DNA from: an uncultured Verrucomicrobiae bacterium
Lineage (GTDB): Bacteria > Verrucomicrobiota > Verrucomicrobiia > Chthoniobacterales > UBA10450
Reading direction: 5' to 3'
Length of the DNA stretch: 64,000 bases
Assembly: GCA_963726745.1 (NCBI GenBank)
Contig: CAVSDR010000006.1
Coordinates: forward strand, 768,001-832,000
How positions within the stretch are numbered: position 1 is the stretch's first letter; the number at the start of each line of letters is the position of its first letter. Below are positions 9,906-20,614 of the stretch, piece by piece. The notes under the pieces are model-generated. The model was not told the origin of the DNA. It searched no databases and saw nothing but the letters and a program-made list of their open reading frames with translations. The translations under genes and the position numbers were made by a program.

Positions 9906-11882
9906 TCAGCGGCCGCCCACCGGCGGAAGCTGGTTTTCGGCGAACGAGAGGTAGGTGTAATCGGTCAGGCCGCGCTCATAATCAGCCAGCAACTTCATCG
10001 CCTCGTTCGGCTTTAGGCGGTCGCTTTTGATCGCGCGATCGACCTGCAGCTTCACCAGGCGCATCAATTCCACCTTGTCCCACTGGGTCAGCGCCAGCAC
10101 CTGGCCGATGGTGCTGCCCTCGATCACTTCCTCGATATACCAGCCGCTCTCCTCATCCGGATCGAGGAAGACGTGCACCTCGGTCACGCGCCCGAAGAGA
10201 TTGTGCAGGTCGCCCATGATGTCCTGGTAGGCGCCGACCATGAAGACGCCGAGATAGTAGGACTCGTTCGGGACCAACCGATGGAGCGGCAGCGTCTCGC
10301 GGACATCCTGCAGGTCGATGAACTTGGAAATTTTGCCGTCGGAATCGCAGGTGATGTCGACCATCGTGCCGTTGCGATCCGGCTGCTCGTTCAGCCGATG
10401 GATCGGCATGATCGGGAACAGTTGCCCGAGCGCCCAGTGGTCCAGGAGCGACTGGAAAACGGAGAAGTTGCAGATGTATTGGTCGCCGAGCGAGGTCTCG
10501 AGCTCCTTCACTTCCTCGGGGACGTAACGCAGGCCACGATGGAGCGCGACGATGCTTTCCGCGAGCTGCCAGTAGACGCTTTCGATCTTCGCCTTGCTGA
10601 CTAAATCCAGCATCCCGAGGGCAAACATCTGCTGCGCCTCTTCCTTGATCTGCTGCGCGTCGTGCAGGCTTTCGCGGCGGTTGTTCCGCTTCAGCTTCTG
10701 CTGCACGTCGAGCATGTCGCGCACGAGTTTGTGATCGCTCTCGGCGTTTTCCACCCGGGCGTTGAGCGCGTTTTTCTCGATCGAGCCGAAGGCCTCGACC
10801 ACGAGCACGGAATGATGGGCCACGATCGCGCGGCCGCCTTCGCTCACGATCGCCGGATGCGCCACGCCCTCGGAATCGCAGACGTCGCCGATGTTCCAGA
10901 CGACGTCATTGGCGTATTCCTGCAGCGAGTAATTCGTGGAGCTGTCGAAGCTGGTGCGCGAGCCGTCGTAATCAACCCCGAGCCCGCCGCCGACATCGAG
11001 GTAGCCGAGCTCATGTCCGAGCTTCGAGAGCTTCGCGTAATAGCGCGCCGCTTCGCGGACCGCGCGTTTAATCGTCGAGATGTCCGGCACCTGCGAGCCG
11101 ACGTGGAAATGCACCAGCTTGAGGCAATGCGCCATGCCCTCGGCCTTCAGGAGGTCGCTCGCGGCCACGAGATTGGTGGTATCGAGGCCGAACTTCGCGT
11201 CTTCGCCGCCGCTGGTGGTCCACTTGCCCGAGCCTTTGCTGTGCAAACGCACGCGCACGCCGATGTGCGGCTCGACCCCGATCTCCTTCGCGATCCGGAT
11301 GGTCTGCTGCAGCTCCTCGATCTTCTCGACCACGATGATGACCGACTTGCCGAGCTTTCTCCCTAAAAGAGCCGACCGGATGTAAGCGCCATCCTTGTAG
11401 CCGTTGCAGACGATCAGGCTTTCCGGGTCCTGGTGCATCGCGAGCGCCGCGATCAGCTCCGGCTTGCTCCCGGCCTCGAGGCCAAAATGGTATTGCTGCC
11501 CGGCGTCGACGATCTCCTCGATCACTTCGCGGAGCTGGTTGACCTTGATCGGGAAAACGCCGCGGTAGTGATTGCGGTAGTTGAACTCGCCGATCGCGCG
11601 GCTGAAGGCGCGGTTGACCGAATCGACCCGGTGCCGCAGCAAATCCTGGAAACGGATCACCAGCGGGAAACCGAGCCCGCGGGCGCGCGCTTCTCGCACC
11701 ACTTCCATTACGTCAATGTTGCCGCCATTTTCCAGCAACGGCCGGGCCTCGGCGTTGCCGGCGGCGTTGACCGTGAAGTAGCCCGAGCCCCACCCGTCGA
11801 CATTGTAGGTGTTGATCGCCGCCTCGATGTCCCAATCAGGCTTCGGTTTCTCGGTTACAGCAGGCAAGGCAACGCGCATCAT
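9906..11882 (-). CDS. speA: Biosynthetic arginine decarboxylase
   Basis: FPIKVNQ (PLP lysine), GLEAGSKPEL, HFHVGSQ, DVGGGLGVDYDG, DITCDSDG, GDLHNLFG. Confidence 0.97.
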   Translation of the reverse strand: MMRVALPAVTEKPKPDWDIEAAINTYNVDGWGSGYFTVNAAGNAEARPLLENGGNIDVMEVVREARARGLGFPLVIRFQDLLRHRVDSVNRAFSRAIGEFNYRNHYRGVFPIKVNQLREVIEEIVDAGQQYHFGLEAGSKPELIAALAMHQDPESLIVCNGYKDGAYIRSALLGRKLGKSVIIVVEKIEELQQTIRIAKEIGVEPHIGVRVRLHSKGSGKWTTSGGEDAKFGLDTTNLVAASDLLKAEGMAHCLKLVHFHVGSQVPDISTIKRAVREAARYYAKLSKLGHELGYLDVGGGLGVDYDGSRTSFDSSTNYSLQEYANDVVWNIGDVCDSEGVAHPAIVSEGGRAIVAHHSVLVVEAFGSIEKNALNARVENAESDHKLVRDMLDVQQKLKRNNRRESLHDAQQIKEEAQQMFALGMLDLVSKAKIESVYWQLAESIVALHRGLRYVPEEVKELETSLGDQYICNFSVFQSLLDHWALGQLFPIMPIHRLNEQPDRNGTMVDITCDSDGKISKFIDLQDVRETLPLHRLVPNESYYLGVFMVGAYQDIMGDLHNLFGRVTEVHVFLDPDEESGWYIEEVIEGSTIGQVLALTQWDKVELMRLVKLQVDRAIKSDRLKPNEAMKLLADYERGLTDYTYLSFAENQLPPVGGR

Positions 11883-11991
11883 TGGTCACCTACGCGCAGA
11901 TGCAAGCGGCAGGCGCGATTTATTCCGCCCGGCCTCGCGCGGGCCGCTGCGCCCCTTGTCATCGCGCGGCTCTCCGGATAGGTTTCGCCCG

Positions 11992-12483
11992 GTGAATAAA
12001 ACAGTCATCGAGGTGCAGGTGAGGGCGGTTTTGCCGACCAGCGGCGGGTGCGCAGTCTTCCTCGGGAACAACGACAAAGTCTTCATCATCTACGTCGACC
12101 AAACGGTCGGGAGCGCGATCACCATGTTCATGCGCGACATCAGCAAGGAGCGCCCGCTGACGCATGATTTGATGAGCCACCTGATGACCGCGCTCGGGGC
12201 GCATGTCGAGCGGATCATCATCAACGACCTGAAAAACGCGACCTACTACGCGCGCATGATCATTCGCGCGGAGAACGAGCTGCAGCAGAAAAAAATCGTC
12301 GAACTGGACGCGCGCCCGAGCGATTGCATCGCCATGGCAGTGCAGCAAAAATCGCCGATCTATGTCAGCCAGGAAGTCTGGGACGAAGTCGACGACATGA
12401 GCGACGTCCTCCGGAAAATGGAGGAGGAAGGGATCAAGCCGGAGACCGAGCCGGACGCGGGCGAAGAGGAAGACGAGGATTAG
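11992..12483 (+). CDS. Bifunctional nuclease family (DUF151) protein
   Basis: RPLTHDLM and LDARPSDCIAMA motifs; GTG start at VNKTVIEV. Confidence 0.9.
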   Translation: MNKTVIEVQVRAVLPTSGGCAVFLGNNDKVFIIYVDQTVGSAITMFMRDISKERPLTHDLMSHLMTALGAHVERIIINDLKNATYYARMIIRAENELQQKKIVELDARPSDCIAMAVQQKSPIYVSQEVWDEVDDMSDVLRKMEEEGIKPETEPDAGEEEDED

Positions 12484-12504
12484 CCGGCGACTTCGCCAGC
12501 GGCG

Positions 12505-14268
12505 TTAGCCAATCAAGTCGCCGTAATGCCGCTGCGCCATCTCGCTGCAGCGCGCGAGGATTTCCGTGGGCGTCTCCAGCGCCACCAAGTCGCTGACTAA
12601 TTTCTCGCACTCGATCACCGAGAGCGATTGCACCGCGCGCTTGACCCGCGGGACGAGCGAGGCGCTCACGCTCAACTCGTCCATCCCGAGGCCAAGGAGC
12701 AGCGGCGTCATCACCGGATCGCCAGCCATTTCGCCGCACACACCCACCCAGATGTGATTCGCATGCGCCGCGTCGGCGACCAACTTTAACAGCCGGATAA
12801 CCGCCGGATGCGTCGGCTCGTAGAGGTGCGCGATCCGTTCGTTCGTCCGGTCGACCGCGATGGCATATTGGATCAGGTCGTTCGTGCCGATGCTGAAGAA
12901 ATCCACTTCGCGTGCGAGCGCTTCGGCGCAGAGCGCGGCGCTCGGGATTTCGATCATCGCGCCCACTTCCATCTCCTCGGAAAACTCCACGCCTTTGGTC
13001 CGGAGCTCTTCTTTGCACTCTTCGAGCACGGCGTTCGCCCGGCGCATCTCCATCAACCCGGAAATCATCGGGAACATTATCTTCACGTTCCCGATCGCAC
13101 TCGCCCGGAGGATGGCGCAAAGCTGGGTCTTGAAAATCTCGATGTTTTCGAGGGAATAACGAATCGCGCGCAGGCCAAGGAACGGGTTTTGTTCGTCGTC
13201 CGCCTGACCCTCGGCGACCTTGTCGCCGCCGAGATCGAAGGTGCGAATGATCAACGGCTGCGGCGCGACCCGCTCGGCCACGCTCCGGTAGATTTCGTAT
13301 TGCTGCTCTTCCGTCGGGAGGGTGTTTTGGTTCAGGTAGATGAACTCCGTCCGGTAGAGCCCCACGCCTTCGGCGCCGTTTTCGATCACCGACTCCACTT
13401 CCTTTGGCAGCTCGATGTTGGCCGAGAGGACAATGTGCCGGCCGTCGCGCGTGGTCGACTTCGTCTCGCGCAGGCTGGTGAGCTGCTCCGTGACCAACTC
13501 CTTGCGGTGCTGCAGCTCGCCGTAATGCCAGAGCGTGTCCGGCGTGGGATTGAGAATCAGGAGACCGTTGTAGCCATCGAGGAGCGCTTCCTCGCCTTCC
13601 TCGAGCTTCTCGCTCACGTCGTGCAGGCCCACGATCGCCGGGATCTTGAGCGAGCGCGCCATGATCGCGGTGTGCGACGTCCTGCTGCCTAAATCGGTCG
13701 CAATCCCAAGGACGCGGTCGCGGTTCATCGTCGCGGTGTCAGACGGGGTCAAATTATGCGCCACCAGGACGTGCGGCTCATTCACGCTCAGGAAGGCTCG
13801 TTGCCCTTTTCCCTGGAGATTGCGGATGACACGGCGGGTCACATCCTGGATGTCGAGCGCCCGTTCGCGCAGATACGGGTCGTCGATTTTACTCAGCGTC
13901 TCGGCGTAATGCGTGGCCACTTCCTGGAAGGTGAACTCGACGTTGCAAAGATCGATCTCGAGCTTGCGCAGGACTTCATCGATCAAGGTGCGGTCCTCGA
14001 CCACGAGAAGGTGGGCATCGAAAATCCCCGCGTCCTTGGCCCCGATGGCTTCCGCGATCTGCTGCTGCATCTCGAGAATTTGCGCGCGCGTCTGGATGAG
14101 CGCGCTCTCGAAGCGGCCGATCTCCCCGGAGACATCCTCCGGCTGGATCGGGTAGCGAGCGATCTCCTCGAAGTCGTCACGGGTGACGTAGATCTTCGCG
14201 CGGGCGATGCCGGGGGAGACGCCGACGCCTTGGAAACGCCGCTCGGTTTTCGCCCCTGTTTCGCTCAT
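12505..14268 (-). CDS. ptsI: Phosphoenolpyruvate-protein phosphotransferase (PTS enzyme I)
   Basis: GSRTSHTAIMARS (phospho-His), GVGLYRTEF, NPFLGLRAIR, FSIGTNDLIQY, CGEMAGD. Confidence 0.96.
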   Translation of the reverse strand: MSETGAKTERRFQGVGVSPGIARAKIYVTRDDFEEIARYPIQPEDVSGEIGRFESALIQTRAQILEMQQQIAEAIGAKDAGIFDAHLLVVEDRTLIDEVLRKLEIDLCNVEFTFQEVATHYAETLSKIDDPYLRERALDIQDVTRRVIRNLQGKGQRAFLSVNEPHVLVAHNLTPSDTATMNRDRVLGIATDLGSRTSHTAIMARSLKIPAIVGLHDVSEKLEEGEEALLDGYNGLLILNPTPDTLWHYGELQHRKELVTEQLTSLRETKSTTRDGRHIVLSANIELPKEVESVIENGAEGVGLYRTEFIYLNQNTLPTEEQQYEIYRSVAERVAPQPLIIRTFDLGGDKVAEGQADDEQNPFLGLRAIRYSLENIEIFKTQLCAILRASAIGNVKIMFPMISGLMEMRRANAVLEECKEELRTKGVEFSEEMEVGAMIEIPSAALCAEALAREVDFFSIGTNDLIQYAIAVDRTNERIAHLYEPTHPAVIRLLKLVADAAHANHIWVGVCGEMAGDPVMTPLLLGLGMDELSVSASLVPRVKRAVQSLSVIECEKLVSDLVALETPTEILARCSEMAQRHYGDLIG

Positions 14269-14370
14269 CTTAGGTGCGAAGCGTAGCGCGATTGTCCAGC
14301 CGTGGCGACGGGAGTTTTCGTTAGACCGCGGCTTGGGAAAAATCTGCGCGCCGCGGGAAGAAAGTGCCGC

Positions 14371-14682
14371 CTAATCCTCGTTGAACTTGTCGAGAATGAG
14401 CTGTTCCAGTTCCTCGAGCGCCTTGGGGGCATCGGGGCCCTCGCAGCGGATGACGAGCTTCGAACCGGGCCCGGCAGCCAGCATCATCAGGCCCATGATG
14501 CTTTTGCCGTTAATCTGCTCGCCATCTTTCTCCACCCAGATCTCCGCGCGGAAGCGGCTGGCAATGCGCACGAACATGGCCGCCGGCCGCGCGTGCATCC
14601 CGTGACGATTCGCGATCGTGACTTCCTTCTCGATCTTCTCGTCCTTGCCGGCGTCGTCGGTTTTGCGGTGCGAAAGAGTCAT
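14371..14682 (-). CDS. ptsH: Phosphocarrier protein HPr
   Basis: GMHARPAA (His15) and NGKSIMGLMML (Ser46). Confidence 0.96.
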   Translation of the reverse strand: MTLSHRKTDDAGKDEKIEKEVTIANRHGMHARPAAMFVRIASRFRAEIWVEKDGEQINGKSIMGLMMLAAGPGSKLVIRCEGPDAPKALEELEQLILDKFNED

Positions 14683-15680
14683 CAGCTGATTTTCTTCTGC
14701 ATTAGGTTCAGCAGGCGATCATTAAATTCCACCGCGCTGTTTCGTCCCAGCGATTTCAGCTTCTGGTCCATCGCCGCCACCTCGATCAAGCGGGCGACAT
14801 CGCGCCCTTGCCGCACCGGGATGCGCACATGCGGCACCTGGAGCTTCAGGATTTCATAGAATTCCTGGTCGAGCCCGATCCGATCGACGGCCTCGAGGTC
14901 GTGCCAATCCTCCAGCGTCACCACAAGGTCGAGCCGCTTTTCCAGGCGAATGCTGCCGATGCCAAAGATGGACACGACATTGATGATCCCGATGCCGCGC
15001 ACCTCCATGTGGTAGCGGGTCATGTCCGGCGCGGTGCAGACGAGCTCGCGGCCCTCGAGCACTTTCACGCGCGTGACATCGTCGGAGACAAGGCTGTAGC
15101 CGCGCTCGATCAAGCCCAGCACGGCCTCGCTTTTGCCGACGCCGCTTTGCCCGCGGATGAGCACGCCGATGCCGAGAATGTCGACCATGCTGCCGAACTC
15201 CGTCCCGCCCGGCGCGAAGTCGCCTTCGAGCGCGATCGTGGCCGCGTTAATGAAGCGCATCGTGACCATCGGGGTGCGCAGGACGGCGACCCCGGCTTCC
15301 TCGGCAATCCCGAGGAGCTCGGGCGAAAGATGCGTCCCGCGCGAGATGACCACGCAAGGGATTCTTTGCGCACAGAGAAGACGAAATCGCTCAGCCTTTT
15401 GCCGCTCGGAGAGGCTGCTCAGGTAGGCCTGCTCGGCCGCGCCCAGCACCTGCACCCGCTTTTCCGCGAAGTAGCTGTAGAAGCCGGAAAGCGCCAGGCC
15501 CGGGCGATTGATCGTGGGCTCGCGGATCTTCCGGTCGAAGCCGACGCGCGGCCCCTCTAATTTAAGCTGCAACTTCTCCGCGTGGCTTTCGTAGAAGCTC
15601 TCGACCGTGACCACCGGCACGCTCTTCTTCACCGCGCTGGCCACGGTGACAGACTGCGATCCGGGCGTGGAAGAAGGCAC
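14682..15680 (-). CDS. hprK: HPr kinase/phosphorylase
   Basis: NRPGLAL, GQSGVGKSE (Walker A), LVSDD, MEVRGIGII. Confidence 0.96.
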   Translation of the reverse strand: MPSSTPGSQSVTVASAVKKSVPVVTVESFYESHAEKLQLKLEGPRVGFDRKIREPTINRPGLALSGFYSYFAEKRVQVLGAAEQAYLSSLSERQKAERFRLLCAQRIPCVVISRGTHLSPELLGIAEEAGVAVLRTPMVTMRFINAATIALEGDFAPGGTEFGSMVDILGIGVLIRGQSGVGKSEAVLGLIERGYSLVSDDVTRVKVLEGRELVCTAPDMTRYHMEVRGIGIINVVSIFGIGSIRLEKRLDLVVTLEDWHDLEAVDRIGLDQEFYEILKLQVPHVRIPVRQGRDVARLIEVAAMDQKLKSLGRNSAVEFNDRLLNLMQKKIS

Positions 15681-15739
15681 GCTTTCCTTTATCGCGGAGC
15701 CCGGCGGTTTTCCAAGGGAGAATGCACCGGGGAGCGCGC

Positions 15740-16324
15740 TCAGTTCGTGCCCGGCTCGATCAAGCCAAACTCGCCACTCTTCCGCCGATAGAGCACGTTC
15801 ATGCGCGTGCTCCGGGCGTTCAGGAAAACGATGAACTGGCGGGTCGACATCTCGAGCTGCAGGACGGCTTCGTCGACAAACATCGGCTTCACCGGATAGC
15901 GCTCGCTCTTGACCACCGGATGGTGCGCGCCGTCTTCCTCATCCGGCACGTCCACCGGTTCCATCTCGAGCACATGCTCCTCGAGGTGCTTCACGATGTC
16001 TTTGCGCGGGCGATGCTTTTTCATCAGGCGCGTCTTGTACTTCCGCATCTGGCGCGCGACCTTGTCGACCGCCGCGTCGATCGCGGCATACATGTCGTTG
16101 GTTTCCTCGCAGGCCTCGATCGTGATGTGGTTCGAGCAAACCAGGATGACCTCGGCGGTGTGCCGGTATTTCTCCACCTCGAGGATCACGTGCGCCTCGA
16201 TGATCTTCGGATAATCGAGATGCAGACCCTCGATCTTCTTCGTCACATGATCGCTGATCGCTTCCGTGATCTGCAGGTGACGGCCGGTGACTTTGACGGG
16301 TGGATGGGCATTGGCGGTGAGCAC
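15740..16324 (-). CDS. hpf: Ribosome hibernation promoting factor (long HPF)
   Basis: VTGRHLQITEAI, DMYAAIDAAVDK, KPMFVDEAVLQL, NVLYRRKSG. Confidence 0.93.
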   Translation of the reverse strand: MLTANAHPPVKVTGRHLQITEAISDHVTKKIEGLHLDYPKIIEAHVILEVEKYRHTAEVILVCSNHITIEACEETNDMYAAIDAAVDKVARQMRKYKTRLMKKHRPRKDIVKHLEEHVLEMEPVDVPDEEDGAHHPVVKSERYPVKPMFVDEAVLQLEMSTRQFIVFLNARSTRMNVLYRRKSGEFGLIEPGTN

Positions 16325-16339
16325 GCGAGGTCCTTTCGG

Positions 16340-17137
16340 TTACATCCGGAATCGCTCGCCCAGGTAGAGCTGGCGACTGATCGGATCGTTGATGAGAAAA
16401 TCTTTCGTCCCTTCGCTCTCCACCCGGCCCTCGAAAATCAGGTAAGCGCGGTCCACGATCGAAAGCGTCTCGCGCACATTGTGATCGGTGATCAGAATGG
16501 CGAGGCCGGATTTGCGTAGGTTCACCACGATCTGCTGGACGTCATACACGGCGATCGGATCGACGCCGCTGAAGGGCTCATCTAACATCAGCAGGCTCGG
16601 ATTTGTCACGAGCGAACGTGCGATCGTGAGGCGTCGCTTCTCGCCGCCGCTGAGAGTGATAGCGGTATTTTTCGCCAGCTTCTCGATCCCAAATTGGTGC
16701 AGTAACTCCTCGCAGCGATGCTTCCGCTGCTGCTTCGAAAGCGGGAGCGTCTCGAGGATCGCGAGGATGTTCTGTTCCACGGTCATCTTGCGGAAGATCG
16801 ATTCCTCCTGCGGCAGGTAACCCATGCCCAGGCGGGCCCGTTTGTACATCGGGTAGTTGGTTACATCCGTGCCCGAGAACAGCACCCGGCCGCTGTTCGG
16901 CCGCACCAGGCCGACGATCATGTAAAAGCTGGTGGTTTTGCCGGCGCCATTTGGGCCCAGCAGGCCCACGATCTCGCCCGCGCGCACGTTGATGTTGACC
17001 CCGTTCACGACCGAGCGGCCGTCGTAGATTTTCACCAACTCCTCGGTCTGGAGGACCTGCTCGCCGGTCACCGGCACCGGCAAAGAAATCGGCGCCAACG
17101 GCTGCTCGGCCATGGGCGGCGGCGGGTTCACATTCAT
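16340..17137 (-). CDS. lptB: LPS export ABC transporter ATPase
   Basis: GLLGPNGAGKTT, YLPQEESIFR, LSGGEKRR, LDEPFSGVDP, ITDHNVRETL, YLGERF. Confidence 0.97.
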   Translation of the reverse strand: MNVNPPPPMAEQPLAPISLPVPVTGEQVLQTEELVKIYDGRSVVNGVNINVRAGEIVGLLGPNGAGKTTSFYMIVGLVRPNSGRVLFSGTDVTNYPMYKRARLGMGYLPQEESIFRKMTVEQNILAILETLPLSKQQRKHRCEELLHQFGIEKLAKNTAITLSGGEKRRLTIARSLVTNPSLLMLDEPFSGVDPIAVYDVQQIVVNLRKSGLAILITDHNVRETLSIVDRAYLIFEGRVESEGTKDFLINDPISRQLYLGERFRM

Positions 17138-17820
17138 GGTTTCGCTGGCGGATTAGCCGGCGTTTTCTCTTTCGGTTCCTGGCGAATCTCGGTGCGGCTC
17201 GGCCCTTTGGTCACGAGTTGTCCGGTTTGGTCGATGATCATGACCGTGTCCGGACTGGTCGCGATGTGGGTGTTCATGCCGCTCTGCACCCGCGGTGTCC
17301 CCCGTAGTTCCACCTTGCCATCATTCGCGGTGTAGATCGCCATGTCCGACCGGCCGACCGAACGCTCCGGCGGCTGGCCCGCTTCACCCGGACGATCGCG
17401 CACCACGCCCACGTTGCCTTCCGCGACCGCTTTCTCCAAGCCCTGGCCGCCGAGTCCGCCGGAGGGTGCCGGGCTGGCCGAGGCGTCGGCTGTGGGCGCA
17501 TCATTCTTCGCCAGGTAGACCGTCATCTTGTCTGCCTGCACATTGAAGCGCGGATCCTTCACGATCACGTGCCCGCTGAAGATGCCGATGTGCTTGGCCG
17601 AATCGAAGAAGGCTTCGTCCGCATAGATTTCCGTGGTGATGACTTCGCCCGGCGATTTCGTGCTTCCGCCGAGCGCGGCCTTCACCGGATCGTCCGGCTT
17701 TTTCGCCGCCACGCGGGCCGGCTTGGGCGGCGAATCCGGAGCCGACGTCTGGCCTCGCGCCGCGCTGCCTGCGAGCAGAATCGCCAGGAGAAGAAGAAAG
17801 CCCGCGCCTGGCCGCATCAT
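17134..17820 (-). CDS. lptA: LptA/OstA-family LPS transport protein
   Basis: Signal peptide; FSGHVIV, ADKMTV, AEGNV, LRGTPRV beta-jellyroll pattern; immediately upstream of lptB. Confidence 0.8.
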   Translation of the reverse strand: MMRPGAGFLLLLAILLAGSAARGQTSAPDSPPKPARVAAKKPDDPVKAALGGSTKSPGEVITTEIYADEAFFDSAKHIGIFSGHVIVKDPRFNVQADKMTVYLAKNDAPTADASASPAPSGGLGGQGLEKAVAEGNVGVVRDRPGEAGQPPERSVGRSDMAIYTANDGKVELRGTPRVQSGMNTHIATSPDTVMIIDQTGQLVTKGPSRTEIRQEPKEKTPANPPAKP

Positions 17821-18337
17821 GGGCGTTTCGCCGGCGCGGTGCGGCTGGGTCCGGTCACGATCATCTTCACGTTTCCTACGAGTGTCCCCTGTCGCGAGAC
17901 GGTGTCGAAGTTCAATTTGTCGCCAGAAAGGTTGAAGTCCGCCCGTTGCACCGTGGTCCGCTCGTGTGAAGTGATCACACGCGTAGTCAGATCCAGGGTC
18001 GAGGCCGGCATCTCGATCATCAGGTCGACCGTGTTCTGCGGGGTGAAAGTCGTCATCTTGAGCTTCTTGAACTCCACGTGCTCGTGGTCCACGCGCTTCG
18101 CATTGCCCGCTTCAAAGCGCGCCCGCAATGGCCCTCGAGGTCGAAATCCGGGAGCACCAGGCCCTTCGCTTCCTGCCCGATCGGCAGTGGAATATTAGCC
18201 AGCGAATTGCCTTTCTTCTCCGGTTCCTCGACCGGTGTGGCCTTGGGCGACGGCTCGGCTGCAAACGCGACTGAAATCGCCAGTCCGATCATTCCCAATG
18301 CCGCGATTCGCGCGCGACCGCTACGAAACGGCAGCAT
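17817..18337 (-). CDS. lptC: LptC-like LPS export protein (frameshift near 18130)
   Basis: ORFs 18053..18337 and 17817..18128 join at FDLEG/LRARFEAG; ends GTLVGNVKM; lies between kdsA and lptA. Confidence 0.7.
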
Positions 18338-19133
18338 GGATAGCTCTTAACATGCGCAGGTGCTTCGGCAAATTCTTTAGCGGGATCTGGTTAGGCCCGT
18401 CGCTCATCGCCTTCGCCGGATTCTCATGCACCTCCATGAAAACGCCGTCGCAACCCGCGGCCACCGCCGCGCGCGCCAGCACCGGCGCGAGCGCGCCATC
18501 CCCGCCGGTCGTCTCACCCGCCCCGCCGGGCCGCTGGACCGAATGGGTCGCATCAAAAATCACGCGATACCCGAGTTCGCGCATCCAATAAAGCGAGCGC
18601 ATGTCGGCGACCAGATTGTTGTAGCCGAAAGTCGTCCCGCGCTCGATGAAGCAGAACTTCGTGCAACCGAAGGCGGTGAGCTTGTCGGCTATATTCTTCA
18701 CGTCCCACGGCGCGAGGAACTGGCCCTTCTTCACGTTCACCACTCGACCGGTCGCCGCCGCTGCTTCCAGGAGATCAGTTTGCCGGCAAAGAAACGCCGG
18801 GATCTGCAGGACATCGACCGCCGCGCCGGCGATCTCCGCTTCCTCCGCGGTGTGCACATCGGTCGTCACCGGCACCCCCAGTTCCGCGCCGATCTCCGCC
18901 AGGAGCGCGCAACCCTCCTCCACTCCCGGCCCGCGATACGAGCGCACCGAGGTGCGGTTCGCCTTGTCATACGACGCCTTGAAAATAAACGGCACGCCCT
19001 CGCCCTGGCAGATCTCCGCGATCTTCCGCGCCATCCGCCAGGCGAACTTCTCCGATTCAAGCACGCACGGCCCGAGGATGAACGCCGGCTCCTTCCCGCC
19101 GATGGAGACCTTGCCGACTTTGAGCGCTTTCAC
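18321..19133 (-). CDS. kdsA: KDO-8-phosphate synthase
   Basis: GPCVLES, FKASYDKANRTS, QIPAFLCRQTDL, NVKKGQF, DATHSVQRPG, SDGPN. Confidence 0.98.
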   Translation of the reverse strand: MKALKVGKVSIGGKEPAFILGPCVLESEKFAWRMARKIAEICQGEGVPFIFKASYDKANRTSVRSYRGPGVEEGCALLAEIGAELGVPVTTDVHTAEEAEIAGAAVDVLQIPAFLCRQTDLLEAAAATGRVVNVKKGQFLAPWDVKNIADKLTAFGCTKFCFIERGTTFGYNNLVADMRSLYWMRELGYRVIFDATHSVQRPGGAGETTGGDGALAPVLARAAVAAGCDGVFMEVHENPAKAMSDGPNQIPLKNLPKHLRMLRAIHAAVS

Positions 19134-19148
19134 TTCCGCGACGATGGC

Positions 19149-19847
19149 TCAGCTTCGGAAATTAGCCAGCCGCGCGAGGTCGAGGCGGCCGGTGTAAATC
19201 GCCATCCCGAGGGCGGCGTGGACGTTCATCGCGAGGAGGGCGTCGATCTCTTCGTAGGTCGTGATGCCGCCGGCGGCGGTCAGTTCGAGCGTGGTTTGCG
19301 CGCGCAGGCTGCGGAACCACTCGAGGTCGGTCCCCTGCATCATCCCTTCCTTGTCCACGTAGGTGCAAAGGACCGCGCCGCAGTAGGGCTCGAGCTGGCG
19401 GATGATCTCGCCCGCCGCGATGCCTAACGACTCTTGCCAGCCCTTGATCACAATCCGGCCATCGCGCGAATCGAGCGCGAGGATGATCGCTTCGCGTCCG
19501 AGCTTGTCGGCTAATTCCGCGAGGAACTCGTGGTTCAAGCCATCGCCACGAAAGGCCGCCGTGCCGACGATGACCCGTTCCGCGCCGGCGGCGCGAAGCT
19601 GCTCCGCTTTCGCGACCGAACGCACGCCGCCGCCCACCCAGACGCGATGCTTCGCCGCGAGGCGCTCGACGATCGCTTCGTTCGAGCCGCGCCCGAGCGC
19701 GGCGTCGAGATCGATCACCTGGATGACCGGAAAGGCGGCGAACTTCTCCAGCATCACCTCCGGCGCTTCGCCTTCGAGCGCTTTCTCGCGCCCCTGGATG
19801 AGCTGGACGACCGCGCCATCCATCAAATCGATGCAGGGGATAATCAT
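19149..19847 (-). CDS. hisA: ProFAR isomerase HisA
   Basis: [41 protein letters not shown]; last his gene. Confidence 0.9.
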   Translation of the reverse strand: MIIPCIDLMDGAVVQLIQGREKALEGEAPEVMLEKFAAFPVIQVIDLDAALGRGSNEAIVERLAAKHRVWVGGGVRSVAKAEQLRAAGAERVIVGTAAFRGDGLNHEFLAELADKLGREAIILALDSRDGRIVIKGWQESLGIAAGEIIRQLEPYCGAVLCTYVDKEGMMQGTDLEWFRSLRAQTTLELTAAGGITTYEEIDALLAMNVHAALGMAIYTGRLDLARLANFRS

Positions 19848-20612
19848 GGTGTCGTTAGGCGAACGGGGATGCCGGCAGCGGCGAGGTGTTTCTTGAGATC
19901 GTTCACCGTGTAGGTGCCGAAGTGGAAGATGGAGGCCGCGAGCGCCGCGGCCGCTTCGCCGTCCTCGAAGACGCGCACGAAGTCGTCCGGCTGGCCCGCG
20001 CCGCCGGATGCGATTACCGGGATGTTGACCGCGCGGGCGACCGCGCGAGTGAGCGCGCAATTGAAGCCGGTCTGGACGCCGTCGGTGTCCATCGAAGTGA
20101 GGAGAATTTCGCCCGCGCCGAGCTGCTCCGCGCGCCGCGCCCAATCAACCGCATCGAGCCCTTCGTCCACGCGTCCGCCTTTCGTGAAAACATTCCAGCG
20201 CCCCGTCGCCCACGCTCTTGGCATCGATCGCGAGCACGACCGCCTGCGCGCCGAACGCTTCGCTCAATTCATGCAGCAACTCCGGCCGCCGCACCGCCGC
20301 GGTGTTCACGCTCACCTTGTCCGCGCCCGCGAGCAGCACGGTGCGCGCATCTTCAACCGAGCGCACGCCGCCGCCGACAGTGAGCGGGACGAAAACCTCG
20401 CGGGCCGCGCGCGCGACCACATCGATCAAGGTGTCGCGCGCATCGCTCGAGGCGGTGATGTCGAGAAAGACGATCTCGTCGGCTGATTGCTCGTTATACC
20501 GCTGCGCCAGCTCGACCGGATCGCCCGCGTCGCGCAGCCCGACGAAGTTGACGCCTTTGACCACGCGGCCGTCGCGCAGGTCGAGGCAGGGAATGATGCG
20601 TTTCGCGAGCAT
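19844..20612 (-). CDS. hisF: Imidazole glycerol phosphate synthase cyclase subunit (frameshift near 20200)
   Basis: [11 protein letters not shown]...VVKGVNF...FLDITAS, then [14 protein letters not shown]...IASGGAG...LAASIFH in the next frame. Confidence 0.95.
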
Positions 20613-20614
20613 GC

